NCBI GenBank assembly: GCA_004284765.1
Contig: NQJD01000001.1
Span: 199,367-231,366 of the forward strand
Direction: 5' to 3'
DNA: 32,000 nucleotides
Source: Candidatus Electronema aureum
GTDB lineage: Bacteria > Desulfobacterota > Desulfobulbia > Desulfobulbales > Desulfobulbaceae
The position numbers and the translations under genes were made by a program. The notes below the pieces were generated by a model. It was not told the origin of the DNA. It searched no databases and saw nothing but the letters and a program-made list of their open reading frames with translations. Shown here piece after piece: positions 25,431 through 32,000 of this stretch. Within the stretch, counting starts at the first letter, position 1. Each line of letters starts with the position of its first letter.

Positions 25431-28400
25431 GCGTTCAACCGCTCCTTCAATCCCTACAGGGGCTTGGAAGCGTTCCGGGAAAAGGATGCTCGATTTTATT
25501 TCGGCAGGCAGGAGGCGGTTGAGCTGATCCGGCAGGCTGCGCTCAGGCAGTCGTTTACCGCTGTCATCGGCGCGAGCGGCAGCGGCAAGTCTTCTGCCGT
25601 GTTCGCCGGGCTGGTGCCGCTGTTGAAAGCAAGCAAAACCGACAGATGGCTGTGCGCCGCCTGCCGTCCGAAGAGTCAGCCCTTTGATGAGCTGGCCGCC
25701 TGTCTGATTCCTTTTCTGTATGATGACGCGCTGGAGCAGATCAAAAAGGCCAAGGACTGCGCCGCCGATCTTGCGGCAGGGAAACTGAGCCTGCCTGATC
25801 TGCTCCGGCCTGTGCTCGGCAGAAACAGCGGGGCAAAGCTCCTGCTGATTGTTGACCAATTTGAGGAGCTGTTCACCTTGAACCCGGACAAAGCCCTTGT
25901 CCGGCGGTACATCGAGGAGTTGCTTGCAGCCCGGCAGGCGGAAGGCTGCGCCGCGCTGATCACCATGCGGGCGGATTTCCTCGGCACCGCGATTGCCTAT
26001 GACCTTTTTGCCGAAGCCCTGAATAACTGTCCGCCGATCATGCTGCCGCCGATGGGCGGGCAGGGCTTGCGGGAGGCGGTGGAGCAGCCTGCCGCCCTGC
26101 TGCATGTCTCTTTTGAGCCGGGTCTGGCTGATCTGATTGCTGAGGATGTGGGCAGCGAGCCGGGCAGTCTGCCGCTGCTGGAGTTCTGCCTCACCCAGCT
26201 TTGGGAGAAGCAGGAGCGCAGGCAGATCAGCCACGCCGCCTACAAGGCCAGCGGCGGGGTGCAGGGTGCGCTGGCCGGTCATGCGGACAAGGTGCTCAAG
26301 GAGTTTGACGAGCAGCAGGTCAGGCAGATTTTCCTCAAGTTGGTGCGGCCTGGACAGGGCACGGAAGACACCCGGCAGGTGGCGGCTCTTGAGCAGTTTT
26401 CGCCGGAGCAGTGCGGTCTGATACAAAAACTTGCTGATAAAGACCGGCGGCTTCTAGTGACATCGGGTGATGCGGACGGCAAGGAAAAGAATGTCGAGGT
26501 GGTGCATGAGGCTCTGATCCGCTGCTGGCGGACGCTGCGGCAGTGGGTGGACAAAGAGCGGGAGTTCCTCGTCTGGCGGGAGAAGCTGAAGATGCTGCTG
26601 AAGCAGTGGCAGGAGAGCGGCCATGATGAGGGTGCGTTGCTGCGGGGTCTGCCGCTGGCTGAGGCGGCGCAGTGGCGGGAAAGCCATGCGGGATATTTGG
26701 CAGGCGCGAAGGACGAGCTGGAGTTTATTGCTGCCAGTGAGCAGCTTCGGGAGAGCGAGTGGCTGGCACGGGAGGCGGCAAAGGAGGAAAAGGAAAGGCA
26801 GCGGAAAAGGAGCATGATTGCCTTGGCGGCTGGTTTGATGATAGCAATTGCTCTGTCAGTGTTTGCGGTTGCACAGTGGCAGAAGACGGCGCAGCAGACC
26901 ATTGCAGCGAACTACAACCTTGCCAAGGCATTTGAGAAAGAAGGATTGCGCTCCTTAGAAAGAGCTGATAAGGAAGGCACTGATGCATATAAAAAGGCAT
27001 TGCTATTTGGCTATGCTGCTTTTGAGCAGAAGATTGATCCAAGGAAATCTGCCTTGGATCAATCTTCTGTAGATCTTCTTTTTGCGCCTGAAATATTCAA
27101 TGCTGCACTGGCGGAGCTGACTATTTTTGGAGGGCATGAGAATTTTATCAACAGTGCTGTCTTCAGCCCTGACGACACACGGATCGCTTCTGCTTCTTAC
27201 GACAAGACGGCTCGGATATGGGACATCGAGACAGGCAGAGAGCTGAAAGTCCTCAAAGGGCATAATGAGACTATAAACAGCGTGGCTTTCAGTCCTGACG
27301 GCAGGCGGATTGCTTCCGCTTCTCACGACAAGACAGTGCGGATATGGGATGTTGCAACCGGAAAAGAATTGACCGTCCTCAAAGGGCATGAGGAGGCTGT
27401 AAACAGCGTTGCCTTCAGTCCTGACGGCAGGCAGATTGCTTCTGCATCTGAAGACAAGACTGTGCGGATATGGGACGCTATAACCGGAAAAGAACTGACT
27501 GTTTTTAAGGGGCATGAAAAATTGCTCTTCAGCGTAGCTTTCAGTCCTGACGGCAAGCGGATTGCCTCCGCATCTGAAGACAAAACAGTGCGGATATGGG
27601 ATGCTATAACCGGCAAAGAATTGGCCGTCCTCAAAGGACATGAGGAGGCTGTAAACAGCGTTGCCTTTAGTCCTGACGGCAGGCAGATTGCTTCTGCCTC
27701 TTGGGATAAGACAGTACGGATATGGGATGCTATAACCGGCAAAGAATCGGCCGTCCTCAAAGGGCATGAGGATTTAGTCATCAGCGCGGCTTTTAATCCT
27801 GACGGCAGGCGAATCGCTTCCGCTTCTCACGATAAGACAGTGCGGATATGGGATGCAGAAACTGGCAAAGAGATAGCTGTGTTCCATCATGATGAGGCTG
27901 TTCGCAGCGCGGCCTTCAGTCGTGATGGCAAACGGATTGCTTCCGCTTCTTACGACAAAACGGTACGTATATGGGATGCCGAGACTGGCAGCGATAGATA
28001 CCTCCTTAAAGGACATGAATATGCTGTCTACAGTGCTTCCTTTAGTTCTAACGGCAGATGGATCGTTTCGGCATCTTACGACAAGACAGTGCGGATATGG
28101 AATGCAGAAACCGGCAGAAATTTAGCCGTGTTGAGAGGACATGAATCTGTTGTCCGTAGCGCAACCTTCAGTCCTGATGGCAAATGGATTGCTTCCGCTT
28201 CCGAGGATAAGACAGTACGGATATGGGGGCTGCCAACTGGTAAAGTGCTTGCCGTCCTTAAAGGGCATGAGGATCATGTTACAAGCGTGGCCTTCAGCCC
28301 TGATAGCAAACGGATCGCTTCGGCTTCTGACGACAAGACTGTGCGGATATGGAACGCTGCAACTGGCAAAGTGCTGACCGTCCTTAAAGGGCATGAAAAA

Positions 28401-29099
28401 ACTATCTATAGCGCAACCTTCAGTCCTGACGGCAGACGGATCGCTTCAGCTTCCGAGGATAAGACTGTGCGGATATGGGACGCTGCAACTGGCAAAGTTA
28501 TGGCCGTCTTTAAAGGGCATGAAGGTCGAGTCAACAGCGCAGCCTTCAGTCCTGACGGCAGACGGATCGCTTCAGCTTCCGAGGATAAGACTGTGCGGAT
28601 ATGGGATGCTGCAACTGGCAAAGTGATGGCTGTCTTCAAAGGGCATGAAAGTTATGTCAATAGCGCGGCCTTCAGTCCTGACGGTAAACGGATTGCTTCG
28701 GCTTCTTACGATAAAACGGTGCGGATATGGGATATCAAGAGCGGCAAACTGTTAGCCGTCCTCAATGGGCACGAAAAGCCTGTTAGCAGCACATCTTTCA
28801 ATCCTGACGGTACAAGGGTCGCTTCTGCTTCTAGGGACAATACGGTGCGAATATGGGATTTGAAGCTCTGTACGCTTTTTCTGCAAAATTTTGATAAGCC
28901 CACGCCTTTCTACTTTACCTTCATGGAAGCGGTGAAATTCCTCTGGCAGGTTAAACTGGACGGCCTTGAGTTTGTGTCAACAGACCGCCGCACCGCAGCG
29001 GACATGGAAAAATTCGGCAGCCTGCTTGCGCCCCCGCCGCCCGGTCAAAGCAAATTCGACCAAGTGCTTGAGTGGGCGGAGAAGCAGCAGCCAAAGTGA
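24783..29099 (+). CDS. trypsin-like serine protease / STAND (nSTAND/NACHT-type) P-loop NTPase / TM helix / 14x WD40 repeat protein (1438 aa)
   Basis: AGGAGG RBS at 24772-24777. Protease triad contexts are H40 (LLTCAHV), D94 (EDIAVLEL) and S172 (QGFSGTAVW). NTPase motifs are NPYRGLEAFREKDARFYFGRQ, Walker A GASGSGKSS (25569-25595) and Walker B LLLIVDQFEELF, followed by the helical HEALIRCWRTLRQWVDKEREFLVWREKL module. The hydrophobic helix is MIALAAGLMIAIALSVFAVAQW. Fourteen 42-aa GH...WD units follow, then a 79-aa tail. Confidence 0.9.
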   Translation: MSSPSLEFALVRILINDQSPRKPVGAGFLVTPRHLLTCAHVINDALGRKQNAAEQPDLPVFLDFPLLPGQPLLQAKILHWFPLRDDSTVGELEDIAVLELPADAVLPAGVQPAPFEVLDNKASFLDDAVRMCGFPAGVDDGTYANGRLQGRNAKGWVEIHHQDSNIVEQGFSGTAVWAVKENAVCGMTVSMLSKRDATIAYMIPALTLLKALPAIDAFNRSFNPYRGLEAFREKDARFYFGRQEAVELIRQAALRQSFTAVIGASGSGKSSAVFAGLVPLLKASKTDRWLCAACRPKSQPFDELAACLIPFLYDDALEQIKKAKDCAADLAAGKLSLPDLLRPVLGRNSGAKLLLIVDQFEELFTLNPDKALVRRYIEELLAARQAEGCAALITMRADFLGTAIAYDLFAEALNNCPPIMLPPMGGQGLREAVEQPAALLHVSFEPGLADLIAEDVGSEPGSLPLLEFCLTQLWEKQERRQISHAAYKASGGVQGALAGHADKVLKEFDEQQVRQIFLKLVRPGQGTEDTRQVAALEQFSPEQCGLIQKLADKDRRLLVTSGDADGKEKNVEVVHEALIRCWRTLRQWVDKEREFLVWREKLKMLLKQWQESGHDEGALLRGLPLAEAAQWRESHAGYLAGAKDELEFIAASEQLRESEWLAREAAKEEKERQRKRSMIALAAGLMIAIALSVFAVAQWQKTAQQTIAANYNLAKAFEKEGLRSLERADKEGTDAYKKALLFGYAAFEQKIDPRKSALDQSSVDLLFAPEIFNAALAELTIFGGHENFINSAVFSPDDTRIASASYDKTARIWDIETGRELKVLKGHNETINSVAFSPDGRRIASASHDKTVRIWDVATGKELTVLKGHEEAVNSVAFSPDGRQIASASEDKTVRIWDAITGKELTVFKGHEKLLFSVAFSPDGKRIASASEDKTVRIWDAITGKELAVLKGHEEAVNSVAFSPDGRQIASASWDKTVRIWDAITGKESAVLKGHEDLVISAAFNPDGRRIASASHDKTVRIWDAETGKEIAVFHHDEAVRSAAFSRDGKRIASASYDKTVRIWDAETGSDRYLLKGHEYAVYSASFSSNGRWIVSASYDKTVRIWNAETGRNLAVLRGHESVVRSATFSPDGKWIASASEDKTVRIWGLPTGKVLAVLKGHEDHVTSVAFSPDSKRIASASDDKTVRIWNAATGKVLTVLKGHEKTIYSATFSPDGRRIASASEDKTVRIWDAATGKVMAVFKGHEGRVNSAAFSPDGRRIASASEDKTVRIWDAATGKVMAVFKGHESYVNSAAFSPDGKRIASASYDKTVRIWDIKSGKLLAVLNGHEKPVSSTSFNPDGTRVASASRDNTVRIWDLKLCTLFLQNFDKPTPFYFTFMEAVKFLWQVKLDGLEFVSTDRRTAADMEKFGSLLAPPPPGQSKFDQVLEWAEKQQPK
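25449..26560 (+). other. STAND NTPase module (approximate boundaries)
   Basis: It starts at the NPYRGL motif (N223). Walker A and Walker B are as above, followed by a winged-helix/helical extension ending around HEALIRCW. Confidence 0.75.
26814..26879 (+). other. predicted transmembrane helix between the NTPase and WD40 modules
   Basis: This is a 22-residue uncharged hydrophobic stretch, M678-W699. It is preceded by the strongly basic KEEKERQRKRS and followed by QKTAQQ. Confidence 0.6.
27132..28862 (+). repeat. array of 14 tandem 126-nt WD40-coding units (two predicted 7-bladed propellers)
   Basis: The period is 126 nt. The core ...FSPDG+RIASAS.DKTVRIWD..TGK....LKGHE... repeats 14 times. 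Units 11 and 12 (28411-28523 versus 28537-28649) differ at 5 of 113 nt by hand alignment. Confidence 0.95.
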
Positions 29100-29123
29100 A
29101 CATCTTGAAAAAGGAAAATTAAT

Positions 29124-29387
29124 ATGACGACATCAACTGTCACAACAAGAGGCCAAGTGACTATCCCAAAGCATATTAGAAAACTGCTGAAGATTGACAG
29201 AGGCGATAAAGTCGAATTCATGGTTGATAAAAATGGGGCCGTCATGCTTCAGTCAGTCACATCTGATGTCGCTCTGCTGAAAGGAATGGTGCCTAAACCT
29301 GAAAAATACGTCTCCATTGAAGATATGAACAATGCTGTGCTGGTGACACAATCACCTTTGCCCAGCAGGCAAAGCGAAAGGCTTTGA
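29124..29387 (+). CDS. AbrB/MazE/SpoVT-family (VapB-like) antitoxin-type DNA-binding protein (87 aa), no cognate toxin adjacent
   Basis: MTTSTVTTRGQVTIPKHIRKLLKIDRGDKVEFMVDKNGAVMLQ is the looped-hinge-helix SpoVT/AbrB motif. ...LKGMVPKPEKYVSIEDMNNAV is typical of VapB-type antitoxins. An AAGGAAA RBS is present. miaB starts 9 nt after the stop, leaving no room for a toxin gene. Confidence 0.8.
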   Translation: MTTSTVTTRGQVTIPKHIRKLLKIDRGDKVEFMVDKNGAVMLQSVTSDVALLKGMVPKPEKYVSIEDMNNAVLVTQSPLPSRQSERL

Positions 29388-29396
29388 ATTGTTAAA

Positions 29397-30749
29397 ATGA
29401 CTACCAAACACCTCCACATCAAGACCTTCGGCTGCCAGATGAACGAGCGGGACTCGGAAATCATGGAGCAGCTCCTTGCCCAGCATGGCTATCTTCCCGG
29501 CGCGGCGGCGGAACAGGCCGATCTGATCATCCTCAACACCTGCTCGATTCGGGCCAAAGCGGAGCAGAAGTTCTTCAGCCTGCTTGGCTCGCTCCGGCAG
29601 GAGAAACGGCGGCGACCCGGCCTGCGCATCGTGGCCGCAGGCTGCGTGGCCCAGCAGGAGGGCGAGCGCATCTTCGAGCGGATGCCGCATGTGGATATTG
29701 TCATCGGCACGCAGCAGTTCTGGCGGCTGCCGGAGATGCTTCAGCGTCTGGAGCGGGGCGAGAGCAAGCGCGAGATCGCCTGTGGCTTGGACAAGCAGTT
29801 CGTCATCCCCCCCTTCCAGAAGCTGCTGCGCAACGCCCCCCCTGCCCTGCCCGAATTCCGCAAGTTCGTCACCATCATGCAGGGCTGCGACAACTACTGC
29901 GCCTATTGCGTCGTGCCGACCACGCGGGGCCGCGAGATCAGCCGCCCGGTTGCCGACATTCTGGAGGAAGTGGAGCTGTTAGTCAGCCATGGGGTGAAGG
30001 AAATCACCCTGCTTGGCCAGAACGTCAACTCCTACGGCACGACCAATCCGGTCGCTGATCGGCCTGTCAGCTTCGCCGAGCTGCTGAAGATGACAGCAGC
30101 GGTGCCGGGCCTGCGGCGGCTGCGCTTCACCACCTCCAACCCGCAGGACTTGTCCACTGAGCTGATGCGCTGCTTTGCTGCGCTGCCCAACCTCTGCTCG
30201 CATTTCCACCTGCCGGTGCAGGCTGGCTCCAACGCTGTGCTGCAGCGGATGCACCGCAAGTACACCCGCGAGCTGTATTTAGAGAAAGTGGCGGAGCTGC
30301 GCTCATTCTGTCCAGACATCGCCCTCAGCACGGATGTGATCGTCGGCTTTCCCGGCGAAACCGAGGAAGACTTTGCGCAGACCATGAGCCTGCTGGAGAC
30401 CGTGCGCTTCCACGGCTCCTTTTCTTTCAAATACTCTGACCGGCCCGGCACCCGCTCGGCATCTTTCCCGGACAAGGTGGAGGAGCAGGTCAAGGACGCG
30501 CGACTAGAACGCTTTCAGGCACGACAGGATGAGATCAGCTTGGAGCGGAACCAAGAATTTCTTGGCAAAACTGTTGGGGTGATGGTGGAAAGACGCGGCG
30601 AATCAGAACTGCAAGGCCGTAGCGGCAGCAATCACATCATCCATTTCGCCGGGCCGGATGATCTCCAGCCCGGTGATCTGGTCATGGTGACAATCAATCA
30701 TGCAGGCCAGCGCTCGCTGAAGGGAGAGCTGGCGGCGAGTGAAAACTAA
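29397..30749 (+). CDS. miaB: tRNA-2-methylthio-N6-dimethylallyladenosine synthase MiaB (450 aa)
   Basis: The UPF0004 N-domain reads LHIKTFGCQMNERDSE...LNTCSIR. The radical-SAM motif is GCDNYCAYCVVP. A C-terminal TRAM domain is present. Confidence 0.95.
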   Translation: MTTKHLHIKTFGCQMNERDSEIMEQLLAQHGYLPGAAAEQADLIILNTCSIRAKAEQKFFSLLGSLRQEKRRRPGLRIVAAGCVAQQEGERIFERMPHVDIVIGTQQFWRLPEMLQRLERGESKREIACGLDKQFVIPPFQKLLRNAPPALPEFRKFVTIMQGCDNYCAYCVVPTTRGREISRPVADILEEVELLVSHGVKEITLLGQNVNSYGTTNPVADRPVSFAELLKMTAAVPGLRRLRFTTSNPQDLSTELMRCFAALPNLCSHFHLPVQAGSNAVLQRMHRKYTRELYLEKVAELRSFCPDIALSTDVIVGFPGETEEDFAQTMSLLETVRFHGSFSFKYSDRPGTRSASFPDKVEEQVKDARLERFQARQDEISLERNQEFLGKTVGVMVERRGESELQGRSGSNHIIHFAGPDDLQPGDLVMVTINHAGQRSLKGELAASEN

Positions 30750-31380
30750 TTACGTTCTCATTGACTACGAAAACGTGCAGGTGCAGTCTCTCTCGCTGCT
30801 TAAAGGCGCGGAGAATTTCAGGTGCGGGTCTTTCTTGGCCCGAACAACACCAAGCTGCCGGTGGAGCTGGTCACGGCCATGCAGGGATTAGGAAGCCGGG
30901 CTGAATACATCGTGCTTGAAACCCCCGGTAGCAACGCGCTGGATTTTCATATCGCCTATTACCTCGGCGCACTGGCAGCGGCTGATCCGGCTGGATATTT
31001 TCACATCATCTCCAAAGACACCGGTTTTGATCCCCTGATCCGACATTTGCGGGGGCGGAAAACTTTCGCCGCCCGGCTCTGTATCAATAGAAGAAATGCC
31101 ATGCTTTAAGGTGGCTCCCCAGCAACAGGAAAGCAAGGCTGCACCGGCAGCATCTGCTTCACCTGAAGAGCTGCTCAAATTAGCAGTGGATGATCTCATT
31201 AAACGGAAGGATAAAAAGCCGCGTACTCCCAAGGCACTCCGAAGCACTATTCATGCAAGATGCGGCATAACGCTGCCTGCTACTAAAATTGATGCGGTTT
31301 TGGATGCCTTAGTGAAGCGCGGCTATGTCAAAATCAACGGGGAAGAAGTGACTTACGCCCTACCTGCGCCCAGTTCATAA
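30739..31380 (+). pseudogene. NYN/LabA-like (PIN-like) nuclease-domain gene broken into 2-3 reading frames
   Basis: Frame A starts at a GTG at 30739 and reads KTNYVLIDYENVQVQSLSLLKGAENF. Frame B starts at 30822 and reads VRVFLGPNNTKLPVELVTAMQGLGSRAEYIVLETPGSNALDFHIAYYLG...FHIISKDTGFDPLIRHLRG. Frame C spans 31096-31380 and is linker plus a small wHTH-like domain. Together, LIDYENV plus ALDFHIA plus IISKDTGF reproduce the acidic motifs of an NYN/LabA-like domain. A and B are offset by one base at ~30820. The B/C junction (~31075-31096) is less certain. Confidence 0.5.
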
Positions 31381-31747
31381 TCACTTGCCGCAGCAGGAAG
31401 GCTTTTTTCCCGTCTTGCCAAAGCGGTGTTGCAGACTGTGCAGCATCGCCCCGTGCTTTCCGACCACTGCCGCCGCCGCTTATTCTCCGCTGATCGAACC
31501 CATTGATCCACACGCTTGCATCAACGGTGTAACATGAATCACCTTCTGATGTCAACTGTTGTGCCTGGGCAAGCCATGTGCTTTTCTCCGGTTGCTCCAA
31601 GTTATATGCTCATGAAGCTAGACTACTTTACTTCCACGACAAATATCAAAAATAGATAGGCTAGTATAGCAAAAATATAGGCAGGCAGAAAAAACAAGCT
31701 ACCGCCAAATTTGGGGTCTATCAACCAATGACTTGATACATCTTTTA

Positions 31748-31936
31748 TTATACTTTTCGATTCTTCCTAATCAGAAACCTGAAACAAAAATCAAATAAAA
31801 ATATTAAGATTGCAATTATTTCCAAGGAATAGTTGCCTTCACTGTCGATTATAATGCCCGCACTTTGCAGGGCAATATTGATTCCAACTGCAAGTAATAG
31901 CCATAATAAACCGAGATTATTGTAAATAATAATCAT
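31748..31936 (-). CDS. small two-TM hypothetical membrane protein (62 aa) in an AT-rich segment
   Basis: MIIIYNNLGLLWLLLAVGINIALQSAG...LEIIAILIFLFDFCFRFLIRKNRKV has two hydrophobic helices and a basic tail. There is no family recognition, and AT-rich DNA can generate such ORFs by chance. Confidence 0.3.
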   Translation of the reverse strand: MIIIYNNLGLLWLLLAVGINIALQSAGIIIDSEGNYSLEIIAILIFLFDFCFRFLIRKNRKV

Positions 31937-32000
31937 ATTTCCCTTTTTATTGATAACTTTATTGCCTATATTGCAGTATAGCAACCCCCATTAGTGCTTT

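Noticed and set aside
24642-26426. 594-aa ORF antisense to the protease/NTPase half of the giant gene
   Set aside because: The + strand carries an ordered catalytic triad, Walker A/B motifs and an RBS. The antisense translation is R/L/G/Q-rich shadow sequence.
27003-27767. 254-aa and other repeated ORFs antisense to the WD40 array
   Set aside because: Their periodicity simply mirrors the 126-nt WD40 units. The WD40 frame is unmistakable (GH...WD, 14 units).
27132-28862. Regular 126-nt periodic repeats that could superficially resemble a CRISPR-like array
   Set aside because: There is no repeat/spacer alternation. The whole unit is conserved, in-frame and encodes WD40 blades inside one long ORF.
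31488-31540. Minus-strand peptide YTVDASVWINGFDQ, resembling the N-terminus of PIN/VapC toxins
   Set aside because: Only about 14 residues look PIN-like. There is no start codon in frame, the downstream ~60 codons show no PIN motifs in any frame, and they overlap the end of the NYN-like gene. This is too short to call even as a relic.

Overview
This 32-kb bacterial chromosomal window has a GC-rich housekeeping backbone interrupted by several accessory insertions. All calls come from reading the sequence and ORF translations; no database search was run. No rRNA, tRNA or CRISPR array was recognised.

Backbone genes (high confidence): clpB (13783-16368, -), then on the + strand citramalate synthase cimA (16540-18123), a comEA-like HhH protein, miaA, recJ, a DUF4395-like membrane protein, purB, a DUF4911-like ORF and miaB. 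The gene content (cimA-type citramalate synthase, purB-DUF4911 pairing, SQR-like flavoprotein plus DUF1641 partner) suggests a Desulfobacterota/deltaproteobacterial-type host. That is inference only.

Accessory content:
(i) 24411-29099 is a two-gene NLR-like module. It pairs a Trypco2-like 109-aa protein with a 1438-aa protein built as trypsin-like protease / STAND NTPase / single TM helix / 14 WD40 repeats. This is the best candidate here for an uncharacterised conflict (defence) system.
(ii) About 5765-13782 is an ~8-kb insertion at the 3' end of clpB. It is delimited by a displaced clpB 3'-end remnant (5687-5764) that still sits in front of a canonical terminator. It carries hicAB (hicA frameshifted), a 1240-aa CARDB/cadherin-like/beta-propeller surface protein and a very AT-rich lipase-SLH gene.
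(iii) An AT-rich HNH-like zinc-finger ORF is wedged between miaA and recJ.
(iv) A tyrosine integrase (1381-2520) and two small unknown ORFs lie beside an SQR-like/DUF1641 pair.
(v) A secreted Met/Gln-rich tandem-repeat protein lies at 365-1018.
(vi) Decayed toxin-antitoxin/PIN-like debris surrounds miaB: an orphan AbrB-type antitoxin and a frameshifted NYN-like gene.
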